From assembly GCA_964252035.1 (NCBI GenBank), contig OZ176201.1: a stretch of 64,000 bases of DNA; one strand, given 5' to 3'. The stretch is from Podarcis erhardii (taxonomy: Eukaryota). The notes beneath the pieces were generated by a model, which saw only the letters and a program-made list of their open reading frames with translations, searched no databases and had not been told where the DNA came from. A program made the translations under genes and the position numbers. Below are positions 34,331 to 47,091 of this stretch, piece by piece. Position 1 is the first letter of the stretch. Every line of letters starts with the position of its first letter.

Positions 34331-36819
34331 CCTGAGGAGACCTGTCTAGTGGCACCGTCAATCCCGTTGCACCTGGCGAGACTTGGAGTGTGTCATGCGG
34401 TGGACAAAGCTGTGTGACCCCGCAGACAAAGGCCCTCGCCATCCGGGTATTTCAGTTGTTGCAGCTTGGAACCTGGGACTTAAAAAAAAATATTCCCGTT
34501 TTTGAGTTTGGGCTCAACCTAGTGTGGCTTTTTGGAGACCCGCCTGCCCTGTTAGCTGCTTTGGAACCAACGCCCTGCTTTTTCTAATGTCATGGACGCA
34601 CCAGGGCTAAGCTCAGCTGTTTTGCTACATGAGAGGAAGGGCAAGATGGCTCCAGCCCCAGCTCCATGTCCAGGCTGGAAGAGTTCGCTGTTGGCAGAGG
34701 CGCAGTTCAATGGCCCCTAAGCAGGAGACTCAGGAGCATACAGGACAGCCTATCTGGCACATTGAGAATGCAGCCCTGCAAACACCCTGCTGTTTCTCCC
34801 TAGCCCTAGTTGGGGTCTCCGCCTCACTCTGCTAATGGCAGGACCAGCGCTGAGTATCATACGCAACCCCAGTCATTTCTTCACATGATAATAGGAACCC
34901 ACTTTTAAACCAGTCTTCTGACACCTGAGAATGTCCCATCCCCATTTCACACGGCTGAAGGTCCCACTCCAGCAGTGCATGCCAAATCCATTTGTTGTTC
35001 AACAGGCTTGTGCTGCACTGTTTTTTAAAGGACAGGTGGTTCTTTGGGTTAAAGGTATTTTAGAAAACATATCGTCATTCCACAAGGAGCTCAACGTGGG
35101 CCTCAGTCATTTGAAATAGTAGGTAATGCATGTGTAGAACCTCACTGCTTGTGGGCATGCATTTACAAGGATAAAAACAGGAGACCAAATGCACTTACTT
35201 AGTAGTAAGTGGCACTGAACTCAATGGGACTTAATTCTGAGTAGGTATGTCAGATTGTGCCATCAAGGGTGGTGGTGGATGGAACTTCTAGAGATCCTGG
35301 ACATGGAGTTGAGCATCTGAAGAGAGCTATCAACTCATGCTAAGAAAAATATTTTAAAAAGATGTTGTGAATATCTGAAAGGCAGAAATAAGTGGTTTAT
35401 AAGGAACTGGTATCAGAAAATCAGAACCATCCTTGGTTAAATAGAGGCAATTAGAGCATATGGAATCACAACTGGAAGGAAAGCAGTCATCTTTCCATAA
35501 TCAGGCTAAAAATAATCACAAATCATCTGACAGAGGAGCTGGAAAGGGTACAGAAAATAGTTGTAGAATAGGGCCATCACCTCTTTGCCTGGGCCCTTGC
35601 TCCTTTAACAGTAATAATAGGAATTAAAGGCCCAGCAAACAACAGAGACAATGCTGCTCTAGAATAATGCCTCATACACCCGAGCTTCATGCGTCCAAAA
35701 CCTGGGAAGGCAAAATGAATAAATATTCCCAGAGGCACAAGGCAATCTGATCTGAGGGAAAATTCCTTCTTGACCACAAATACAGCACCTTTGCCACTTG
35801 AGCTCATTCACTGCCGCAGGCAGCATTTAGGTTTTGGCACACTACTACAAAAAGCACTGTGTGGTGGTGTGCTAGTTTGGCACTGCCCAAAACTAACCAC
35901 ATGGCTGGCTTGAGAACTGGAAACCACCAGGTTTCATTTAGCAATGAAGACAGGACTGAAAGTTGATTCCATCCAATGACCTGTCTGTGACTGTGACCAT
36001 CTTTGATGTGCCAGCACCCCTCCCACCACTGCATAAATAAATAAATATTATATAGAAAGCACTCATGGAATAGGAAGATACCTTTTCCCTCACCACCACT
36101 GCTGCTCTGACAGCAAGAAGCTGTTGTTGCAATCATCCACATCAGTAGCATGGGCAGCTAAATAATAATAATTAGTAATAATAAAGGGCTAGCATGGTTT
36201 GTGCTGAATTAGAATCAACGTCTGATGCCATATGAGAAGCAATTCCCTGCTGAACGACTGAGGCAACAGATTCTTTTACCACATTACCTGTTTTAGAGCA
36301 CTGCAATATCTATTAATAAGTTCTCATTCTTCTGAATGTAGTGGCACCTGTACAGTTACTTCTCCACAACATTCCTGAGCTGCAACAACCCATTTTGTTT
36401 TAGTGCTTATTACAATTCTTGAAGCACAAAGGATTGCTCACCTTGTTTTTCTGAAGCTAACTTACAAAAGGCATGGATAAATCTTCTGAAATGCCTAGTG
36501 TTCACTTAAATGTCTCTCTGCCAGAATGACAGCATTTGTCAGGGCAATTCACAAAACAAAGCAGTAGATGGATTAAACAACTCCCTTGGGATGCACTAAA
36601 CTAAAGCTATTCACTATTCCTGATAAAATAGGAGAAAACATTTAAATTATATTCTATGTTGCATATTGGCAAAAGCCACAAATCATGGACTTAATATGCA
36701 GTCCTGTTCCTATCTCTAGCTATGCAATATTGGAATTGGTCTCTTTCTGCCCTCTGCCCTTTTCCTGAATAAATATTAGCTGCCATTTATTTTAAGCCTA
36801 CTGAGACAATGACTGCATG

Positions 36820-36915
36820 ACATAGATGCACCAGTTCCAATTTGCTTCTGAGCTCAATTCAAAGTGTTGGTGATTTCCGTTAAAGTCCTAAACTGCTTAG
36901 GTACGAGATACCTTA
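36820..36915 (+). mobile_element. Short L2 fragment
   Basis: Degenerate ...PICF*AQFKVLVI..KVLNCLGTRYL. Confidence 0.5.
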
Positions 36916-36918
36916 GGC

Positions 36919-37230
36919 CAGAGGTTCCCAACTCACCCCACCCTCCATGGAACACTTAAAATATTGCTAAATAGGGTCTTACCGGACCATTTAATAATTC
37001 TATTGTAACAATTGTAATGCAATGTGCTAGATGTGCTAAATTTCATTGCTTCTTTTATTTTAATTTTAGTGTATTACCATTTTAATTCCATAGAATTAAA
37101 ATATTTACAATAAATATTAATATTATAATCAAATTAATGGCTGTGCCATCTCCAGTCTTCAGCCACAAATCCACAGACATGCCTGAATGAGGCTCATAGA
37201 CCACTAGTGGTCTATAGACAAGAGTTAGAC
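36919..37230. mobile_element. hAT-like non-autonomous element (degenerate)
   Basis: It begins CAGAGGTTCCCAAC and ends near GACCACTAGTGGTCTATAGAC, resembling CAGTGGTTCCCAAAC...GGACCACTGGTGGTCC-type elements. Confidence 0.5.
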
Positions 37231-39984
37231 CTTAAGATTTAGGGATTGCTCCTTCTTCCTATATTATCTTGCCTTGCTATTCTTCTTAACTGCCTGCTGT
37301 AAAATTGCTGAACACCATAGAACACAAAATTGACTATGTGAAAGTACAGTTTGTGAAGTATCATGAGATGAGAATCAGGCAGACGAGCTTATTTTTTATT
37401 TGTCCACTGGTTCCTTATCTGCCATGTGGTCACATGATATCTAAGTATAACAGGAAATAAAATGCACGAAGAGCCATCTGAGATACCTAGAAGATAATTT
37501 TCTGTGTGCCGAAGATTTCATCCATTTTCTTGAAGCACTGGAGAACAGGTATCTCAGATTGTCTCACCAGTTGTGCACTGGGATTTGCCAGGCAGTGAAA
37601 TTCTCACATATACAGAGCAATGGAACACCATTAAGCAGGCATAGGCTGTTTTTAAATAGCTTTTTATTGAAATGTAATACATTAGCAAATCCTAACTTAA
37701 AGGTATACACTATTAACATATCAGCATATACCACATAGCTACAATATAGTAGTATACTTACATCAAAATATGTAGACTAAGAATTTTTGTGGCTGCCAAG
37801 CTACAGCTTATCACACAGATTTTAAAGTTTAGATTGTCAAGAGGGTGGCATACTGCCTGCACATGCCTAGATTAGAAACAAGGCAAATAATCCTTTTCAC
37901 TTTGCCAGACCTCTAGTAGCTTGTTTGTATTTTTCGGCTCTCTGTTGTTCTTACTGGTATAATTCACAATATGGCAATGAGGAATTCAAATACATAGGCC
38001 CTGCCATTGTATTTTACATACACGCTGTTTGATAGTTTAATCACTTTCACTCATCACATTGCAAAAGACCTGTTAAAAGTTATTCTCACTGCATTTTGTG
38101 CATAGTTAATCTTGGCCTGTACCTGGGGATCCTGAGCAGACACATGAGCCTTGCCTACAGAGTTATCCACTTAAATTTTCTATCTGGGCTAACAGTCTGG
38201 ATTCAAGACTGCTGGTTGTAGTTACATGAGCTCAAATCATGATTAAGCACATCCACTGAACTGTGTGCTGATACAAATGCAAACTGTTGGTTCAGCGTAA
38301 CTAAATATCCATATAAATAGTTTCTATGGATAACCACAAACCTAAGGATTGCATGCATAGCCCTTAAGTGGCACAAAAAGGTCATCTAGCAGATATCCAT
38401 TTATTTTGCTGCTAAGTTGACCAAACAACTGGGATACCGCTAGCTTTGTGCACTTCAGAAAAGTTATTTTCTCCCAACATATAAGGCTTAGTGCAGCAAT
38501 TTTAATCACCAGAGTGAGCAATGTGCAGATGTAAAGAAGAGAGGAAAGCAGGTCAAATGTTTAATTCTGGTGGCAGCATTTCCTCTTAAACCCACAAGTG
38601 TTGATTTCCAAATATCCACAGATTTTCTCCTCCCCCTCTTTTTCTTGGCTGGGCTCCTGTGGTTTCAGTTGCTGCATGACAAGAAGGAACTTAGCAACTG
38701 CAGCTCCCCCCCCCCCCCCAAAAAAATGACTGCATCTTTATGCCAAGAGAAGTTGTACAAGTTGCATTTTAGCCTGGGATACAGCTGTGAAAGGCACAGG
38801 AACTCTTTCAGAAAAAGCTGGCAAAGCCTTCATATACAGCAGAGGTGGTGTACCTACCCCTGACCATTAGCCATACTGTCTGAGACTGATGGGAGCTGGA
38901 TTTCAACAATATTTGGAGAGTTGCAGATTAGCCACCCTTGATATACAGTGTCTGGATAAAGCCCAGGTATGAGGGTTATTCATCATGCTCCTGTTAATTA
39001 CAACCACCACCATCATATCTAAGACAGTACAGCCTAACTACCACATAGCAAGTGTCTCTTCTCTTCAGTTCCCAGAACTGAAGGAAACTTCACTGACCTT
39101 GGAAGTGGGGCAGCCAGAGCCATTCCAAATGATTAGATTATATGCTAGAAAAATGGCAACTCTTTTCTCCAAGCTACAGAGCTGAGTGACAGTTATTTGA
39201 CATGTGCTTTTCGTTAATGCAGATCAACCTCATCAGTGTGTTAACAAATGTGATAGCTGGTGTGTGTTTTTTAGGTTCTTATACCCCCTTACAGGGATTG
39301 TCAGAAGTGCTCAAATTACAGGGAGCTCAGAGAGGGCCTGATCCCCTTAACTACTGTTTTTGGGAGAGTGCAGGGGGCCCATGATCTGACTAAAATTGGG
39401 CAGTCTCAGGAGTTGAGGCTTGTGGGTTTTATAAAGGACCACTATCTTCTTTCCCCCCATAATTTGAGCAAATCTCAACATAATAAGAACATGGTTTTAG
39501 CAATCTAGGTGCTTGATGGAACACAACTTCAATAGCTGGCATTTGCTAAAATCCCATCATTGACATGACTGGCAATTCTAACGGGAGAATCATTGACCCT
39601 TTATACTAGCGTAGACATTCTGAACTCATTGGGAGTATGCCAATTTAGTGAGTCAGCAGATCATCCCTTTAAAATGCCATTCCACTGTATTCTATTGTCT
39701 GGATACATCAAAAGAAATAACATTTAGGAGAGTTACAAGCATGGCCCATCAAGCATAAGTGAACAAACACTAAATAATAAAAAGAGAGGCAGACAATCAG
39801 AGTACAGATACAATAACAGATCACAACGCTTTAGCCAACATGGTCCAGCACCCCAGAGGGCCTGACATCTATAGGGAAAACTGGGAAGATATATAAGCAA
39901 ACAAGCGAACAAACATGTAAGCATTTACATAGCACCATCCATGCAAGAAGCTTGCCATTCTTAATAAATATTAATGAATGAAGT

Positions 39985-40050
39985 CTCACACTATTCCTGT
40001 GAGGTAGGTATTATTACCATATTATATGAGGAAACAGAAGCATTGAACAT
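39985..40050 (+). mobile_element. MIR/CORE-SINE remnant
   Basis: CCTGTGAGGTAGGTATTATTACCATATTATATGAGGAAACAGAAGC resembles the MIR core. Confidence 0.55.
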
Positions 40051-41279
40051 AACTTGCTTGTTTAGCGCTTGGATGGAACTAGATATTTCCTGTTCAAAAA
40101 CTCACTTGTTTCCCGCCTGGTGCATGTGAATCCTACACCAGATCATCATCTTTTTACTGAACTGATAGGAAAGGGAGCTAAGCCCCTCCTATAGCAAATG
40201 CACAGGTGTGCTAATAGCAATACATCATGTACATTCTGCTAATTGTGCCAGTTTCAGAACACAGTAAAATCTGAGTTTACATACTGCTAGTTTACTGCAG
40301 GTCAGTTTCAACTGATGTCATCCCTCTGCAGTCTAAGCTGAAATATCAGGGAACCTATGCTTTAAATAGCCACGTGACAGAGGGGAACTCAAGAGGTACA
40401 GCCCCCCCCCCATCACTGCAACTGTATACTAGGATAAGCTTTACAAACGGAGCACTGCCAAAAACAGGCTGTGTGGTTCAAGTGGCACTGTTTTGAAGAG
40501 AAGCAGCTATCCTTGGTACAACTGCACTACCCATTAGTGCAGTTGTGCTGCTTCAGTACAACTATAATACAGTTTTGACTGCACCAATCAACTGCAATAA
40601 ATAAATACAATCTAAGAGGGTGTGAAGCCCTTTCCACACATACGGGAGTGACAGGAGGGTAGACAAGCCTTCTAACTGCAAATGTTTTATAGGCGAAGTA
40701 CAGCTTGAAAAAGGAACAATAAAACCAAACTACTCTCTTGTTAGCTGCTGAGTTTTGTACAGAAAGGATTATGCCTATTTCATTTACCCCAATAGCACCT
40801 AGTAGAAGGCTATCCATAATATGCTGATTTCACCAAATAATAGGTCAGTTGAAGAAAAGGTTAAGGGGATACAGCATTGTCTGCTTGAAAAGTTGCTATA
40901 TATCTGTTTTTCTTTCCTATGTAGGCCAAACAATAGGACTCGAGGAGTTTTCTTTGTTTAAACATCAGATGAATGCCTGGAGAGCTGATTTACCCTCTTC
41001 TTCCCCACTAGATGTCACTGTAAACAACTGAACGTCATGGAACCATGATGCAGATGCTTCTTAGCTACTTTGTTTAATCTCTGTACATTCACATAGGGCA
41101 CATCAATGCAGTCTTGCTGCGAAAACAGAGTCTTTGTATAGGCCTTCATGTTTTAAATATGTTGATATGCCCTCTGGATAGAGATGGACTCATAACTACT
41201 GTGAAAAACAGTATTATTGGGTGTGGGAGGGTGTGGCACACAAGTTAGAACATGAATCAGAAAGTGAGCAAGGGAAATT

Positions 41280-41456
41280 ATTGAGTAGGAGGAATAATTA
41301 GGAAGCAACAATGAATGGAACAAGTTACTAAGGGAGTCTCTGTCACTGGGCATTTTTAAACAAGGTTAGAGAAATATTTTTTATGGTGGTTTATATGTAA
41401 ATACACTTATTCAGGAGTAGATTAGATGCCTTATGACCTTCCAGCTCTAAAATTGT
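41280..41456 (+). mobile_element. Degenerate CR1 3' end
   Basis: TCTCTGTCACTGGGCATTTTTAAACAAGGTTAGA...TAGATTAGATGCCTTATGACCTTCCAGCTCTAAAATTGTG. Confidence 0.5.
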
Positions 41457-42086
41457 GCAAAACAAGCCTACCAGCTTCCTTTATCACAACCAATAAAAAC
41501 ACAGATGCCAAGGGAAAGTGGTTTGCCTGTGGAAGGAAGAACACTAGCTGTCTAAAGTCCAGGAATGGATAAAAATGCTCAGCTTTAAAAGTGGGAAGGC
41601 ACCAGCTTTTACTATCCTTTTCCATGCTCACACACTTTGCTGATTGCATTAGTCAATGATTATTTTTAGTCCAGGCTAGATTGAATACACCCTTCTCTTT
41701 CTGGCATAAAGGCAGCAAAAGTGGTATAAAACACTTTCATTTATTTGTAGGGTAGATATGTCCATGGGTTACTATTCTGCCTAACTAAAGTATTTGCACT
41801 CCTAAATCAACAAACCATTTGCCCAAAGTTACTGTTTTACCCACATTTTTGCCCTCACTGCAACAGTCTATTTGTATGTGTATGGTTCCTATTCCTATTC
41901 ACATTTTTTAAAATCGCATTTTCTTAGGGCTGTTAATCTTAATTGTGCGTGCCTATCTCCTAGGAATTTACAAGTGAAACAGGCTTTTAATATATGCACA
42001 CCTTTTAAAAATAGTTTGTGGATAATGGTCTTGTTCATATATTAGCCCTCAATCCTGTGAATACACTGGTGAAGAAGGTGCATATC

Positions 42087-42232
42087 AGCCTGGATAGCTC
42101 AGTTGGTTATGTGGTGCTGATAATGCCAAGGTTGCAGGTTTGATCCCCATCTGGGACAGTTGCCTATTCCTGCATTGCAGGGTGTTGGACTAGATGATCC
42201 TCAGGGTCCCTTCCAACTCTGTGATTCTATGA
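42087..42232 (+). mobile_element. SINE with tRNA-Ile-derived head and CR1-derived 3' tail
   Basis: The head is TAGCTCAGTTGGTT..GTGGTGCTGATAATGCCAAGGTTGCAGGTTTGATCCCC. The tail is GTTGGACTAGATGATCCTCAGGGTCCCTTCCAACTCTGTGATTCTATGA. Confidence 0.82.
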
Positions 42233-42915
42233 CTTGACATGCCCTATAACTATCCCTCCTCTCCCTCCCACCCCTGCCCCATGAACATAAGATGAGACAG
42301 AGTGTCTCATGCAGAGGCAAGGGGAAATCATGTGAAACTGGCTTGTGAAATCAAGTTGTGAAATTTGGGCCTTTTTGTGAACTGTTCGCTGTATGCGATG
42401 CGTGGTGTTATGCGGTGGGTGAGAAGAGTACATGTCTGTTCCACAATGCGAAAATGCCTGTTAAGTGTGTGGACCAGACCACAGCCTATCATTGCTACAA
42501 TTTCCTCCAGTTGCAATAATAAACCCCAGAAAAGTAACAGGAAAAGGAGAGGACGTAGCTTCTATCAATTGAACCACAGTTTACTTTACTTGTAATAGTA
42601 TAGCCTCTACATACCTGTGCAGTTCTTGAACAAAGTGACAGTTAGGGAATTAGATAATAAAAACAATATAAGTCTGCTAAAATGCATTCTTAACTAGGTA
42701 AATTAGTTATACACATAAAGGGGGAAAACTGAGCAAGGATGTGTGCAATTAACTAATCTTTCAAATGAACTGCCTGAAATCTTTGGGAGTGTAATAAATT
42801 TAGAAACAGACATGCCCCACCCCCGTGCCTGCATTACCTGTTTTTGTGTTACCTATAATAAGTAGCCACACCCAGATATCAATAAAATGCATGCTCTCTA
42901 GAAAGTTGCAGAGCA

Positions 42916-42964
42916 GGCTAGGGGTCCTTGTGCAATGTAGTTGGCTAGGGGTCCTTGTGCAATG
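42916..42964. repeat. Perfect 22-bp tandem duplication (period 27)
   Basis: GGCTAGGGGTCCTTGTGCAATG x2. Confidence 0.85.
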
Positions 42965-44135
42965 CTGGATGGCAAGGCACATGAAGAATCCCTTTTGGAA
43001 GAGCCACTTTCTCACATTTTTTTCCTTACATGGGATAAACTCTGAAGAAAAAAAAACATGTATAGCACAATTCTTATATTGGGCTAAGTATTTGCTGCAC
43101 TTTTCAAGTGAGAAGACTGAACAGCCATTTCACATGTAATAAAAACATCTTTAAAAACTATGCAAGCTGTTTTTTTTGCTTGGAGTGTAGCCACATATAA
43201 GCAGGATGGGAGTTTTAAAACTTGTGATTATGTACAAGCCGATTTCCCCAGTTGTCTTTTTATTTTAAAAATACTGTTTTTCACAACAGTGTCAACGGCA
43301 AAATAGTAGGTTCACAAGACCAAATCCATCTCAACCCTACCCTACCCACCCCAAATTTGGGCTGATTATGTACAAACATTCTAGTCTTGAGAATGAATCA
43401 ATGTGTGCTCACATCATGGTCTGACCTGTATTCAGAAATCTTGATTATTATTTTTTTAAAAACCCCATCTTGGGCTAAATAAAAGAGTGAATGATACTGT
43501 CAAGATAAAATAAATGTCCCTGAACGTAAGCCACCATTGTTCTTAAAGGGCAATACATAATACTTAAATTAGAGCTCACCCCCCTACTGCATTCTCTCTT
43601 AAGATAGCAAAATATTTTATGTTTGGGAAGATTTATAGGGGAAGGAGGCTCAATCTTGATGACATCTACTTAAGGAATCATTGAAGTTTAAGCAGCACTA
43701 GGCTTTTCCAAAGGGTGCTTTCTTGTGAATTCTGGGGGCTGGTTTGTTTGCTTTTATTGTTCAGAGGGATACTACAATTTACAGCTCAGACAAAAGCCAC
43801 ATTTGAAAAGCTACAATTGAAGGCTTTTCTTGATTGCTGCCCATTCCCAAGTTATCAGGACACAGAATATGCTCCAGTGGCAACTGTCAAGGTTTTTCAT
43901 GAGCCAAGACATGTTGAACGGCCGCAGTAGGGCGCAACATTCTGAGTCAGACAGATAACTCAATAGTAACGACAGTTTGTTTAAGGCTTCCATGTTTCCC
44001 TTTCATTGCTCTATTTTCTTAGCTTCAGGCACTGCCACCAATGCCTCAGATACCAAAGAGAAATATTAGTGTAGTGGCCAGCTGTAGTTCACTGAATTCT
44101 GATTGCCCTGCCTCATGTTCTAAAAAGGAGAGAGG

Positions 44136-44335
44136 GCAGAGCATAGCTCAGTGATAAAACATAGGTTTCGCATGCAGAAGATACCAAACTCATCCATGGT
44201 AGCGCCTCTATTTTAAAGCATTTGGGGCAGCAGGCCTGGGATTTGGGGCAGCTAGCAGCCAGAACAGGCAATATGATGCTAGAGGAGCCAATGATCTGAC
44301 TTTATAGCAGCAGCTGTATAAGTTCAAACAATAGA
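44136..44335 (+). mobile_element. Degenerate Squam3-like tRNA/CORE SINE
   Basis: CATAGCTCAGTGATAAAACATAGGTTTCGCATGCAGAAG ... GCTAGAGGAGCCAATGATCTGACTTTATAGCAGCAGCT. Confidence 0.6.
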
Positions 44336-46981
44336 TCTCTCCTTGATTTGGAGAGCAAACATTGTTTACAGCTAGCAAACAATGCCCTAAATCCTAAGTT
44401 GCCTTATTCATCTATATAGAATGATTCCAGCTTGAAAATCCATTAAGTTAGGAGGAGGAGAAGCCTGGATCTTGCTAAAAACGGTATAAATTTGGTTAAA
44501 ATAGTGGCCTGAATCTGTTAAAAACATGACTATGATATTACCATTCACCTGTTAAAATGCAAATACAAAGGAATGTAATTACACTTAAATCTCATTGAAA
44601 TCAACCACTGATAGAACTACATTTTCTCTGGAATGGGCCCTCTGTGCACAAAGAATTATTGGTATTTTTGCTTCCAATTAGCATTTTCTAAATGTTTATC
44701 CAGTTAATATATTTTATTGCCTTTCAGGCTATGGGCCTACACAGTGACCTTTGAACATTCCACAACATCCTGCCAAACATCCAGTCTTAAAGACTTCAAT
44801 GTTATGGCTGTAAGAATTCAGTAAAGTTCAGTAACAGTTCAGTTTTAAAATTAACTTCAGCTAGTTAAAATTTTAAAATCAGGTAAACTACTGTGATTTA
44901 TTACATGTGAATAATTGCAGATGTATAGTTAAAAGGGATTGGGCAGGGGCAGAACCTGTTTTAGGCATTTTTTAATCAAGATTCTAGCTATGCACTAAAA
45001 ACTCTGCAATACGAGAGCACTTTACATACACTCCTTTCATAAGATGCTTTCTTGCCATCAGAGAAGTGTATGGTATTGGCAGTTTGTGAAAGGAAAAATG
45101 AATGCTAGACTTTGTGTGTCCATTTAAATAATATCATTGTAATCATGTAATCAGTATTACTGATTTTCTCCACTAAATCATCTAACTTTCATTCACAATA
45201 CTTCAAGACTGTGCTTTTAAATAGATTTTGCAAAGAATCTTTCACAGTTCAGTGGAGTACATTAAAACTTACCTGGCACATATAACAAACAAAACGGCTG
45301 CCAGTGCTAAGTCCCTAAGCTCTGTATCACCCAGTTAAGAATGATCAGACACACAATATGGCCATCTCAGCAACACAGAAAGGGCATTCCTGCTAACGAA
45401 GAAACACTTAGCTTCACAGAGATAATTTCAAGTCTTTGCATAAAACTTTCAGCATCACAACATTTCAGGGCAGGAGAGATCTTGTGAAAGCCCACTTTCT
45501 GCAGGAGAAAAACAAGACATTTTTCATCTGTAAGCTGCCTGAATGGAACGAGACACCCACCCAACATTCCTTACCTTTTCTTTTGGTTTTCAATTTCTTC
45601 AACAATCAAGATTCATAAGAGCATTAAGTGTCCACACTACAAGCATACCACTTCTATCTCTACAGCAGCTCAGATTTGCAATGGGGCGGGGGGACGACTA
45701 TTCTCAATTGTTACATTTTATGCAGCATCCACAGTAGGAAAAGCTACTTTAGATGCACCATCGCATAATTTTGTTCTGAATTGCTATTTTTTGCTTAAGC
45801 AACACTGCCAACTACTTAAAAAACACACACCCTATAGTCTTTGTTCTTTTAGCTGTCCATTTTTGCATCAGTTGGAAAGTTTATTTCCTACAGCCACTGT
45901 CCCATTCTAGTAAATATGGATTTACTCCTGGATGTCAAAGTAGCAACTGCATTTCCTCCATACTGGATTCATACTGTTGATGTCCTCCGGAACAGGTGTA
46001 GCTTCAGAAAAGTGTTTGTTGCTTTATGATTAGTTATCTCAGGTAAAAATGTATGAAGGATGCTTCCAGTTCTTTCAGTATGTAACACCAACGTAAGTGG
46101 CTTTTTAAAAATCAGAGTGAAAAAGTACACACCTTTTAAAAAAACAAGCAATAACCTATTTCTGATTCCTGGGTTCTTCTTAAGAAGTCTTAATCATCTA
46201 AAGATCAAATATTGGTTTTATAAATTTCAGCAGCAGCATCAGTCTGAGATTCCTTCAGCAGGAAGGCTGTAAAAATGGCTGTTTTTGTTTGTTTTTTTTT
46301 GCATTCTTTCTAAGCAGCTTTTGTTCATATTTAACCGCAGCAATGAAGTAGGAACCCTCATCCCCCACCCCTGAAAAATCCAGTACGAATATTGCAGGCT
46401 GTAATGCTGCTGTAACGTTGGCTTGTTCTGCCATCAGCTTGTTAAATGGAAAGCTGGAACATTAATACATTTCTCATAGATCCCTTTGGAATGGGGATGT
46501 TCAGTGTAAGATCAAGGTTAGAATGAAGAATAACTGGAGCGCTTTGGACATGTAGCCTACCATCTCCTCCATCAGGCAACTAAGCTGGCAAACACTGCAA
46601 CTTTTTTTTTTTTTTAAAAAAGAAGAGAAATATCATGTGCCTACTCGAGAGAGGTGACTGTTGTACAAAATTAAAACTGAGAGTAGGGCAAAACCTCTAG
46701 CATACCAACACCATCCCGCTGGCACTGCTAATGACAACTTGGTCACTCGGCAACCTCCAACAGCCGACTTTGTGCACACACTTCATCCGTTTACAGATGT
46801 CATCCTTGGATATTGCCTCAGCTGAGCTTCACCTTTGCAGCCTGGCAGCCAGGCACATGTTCTGGAAAAGGCAGCTCTTCTTCAGACAAAGGACACCCAT
46901 GGAAGGAGTACACAACAATAGGAATGAGAAACGGAAAAGGAAAGGGGAAAGAGAGCAAAGCAATAAGAATGCAGATCCCCT

Positions 46982-47091
46982 TCAGGTCTTGTTCTCATCA
47001 TACATGTCCAAGACAGGTTCAATGGAAGAGAAGTCATTCTCATAAACCAGGCTCCGAGGAGAGAGGGAATTACGGTGAAAGAAGTGGCCAC
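46982..47091 (-). CDS. RNF130: Putative alternative distal terminal exon of RNF130: (S)GHFFHRNSLSPRSLVYENDFSSIEPVLDMYDENKT*
   Basis: A strong acceptor TTCTTTTTATTGTTGCTTCTTTCCTAG|GT is phase 1, matching the exon-7 donor (ACT A|GTAAGT). It gives 35 further sense codons to TGA. Confidence 0.7.

Noticed and set aside
33516-34417. Several long overlapping ORFs (106-217 aa) in the TBC1D9B CpG island
   Set aside because: These are low-complexity Arg/Pro/Gly/Ala products of GC bias. Only the exon-1 frame matches a known protein, and its upstream AUG is reported separately.
42087-42160. tRNA-Ile-like sequence
   Set aside because: The D arm has a deletion and it is fused to a CR1 tail. It is a SINE head.
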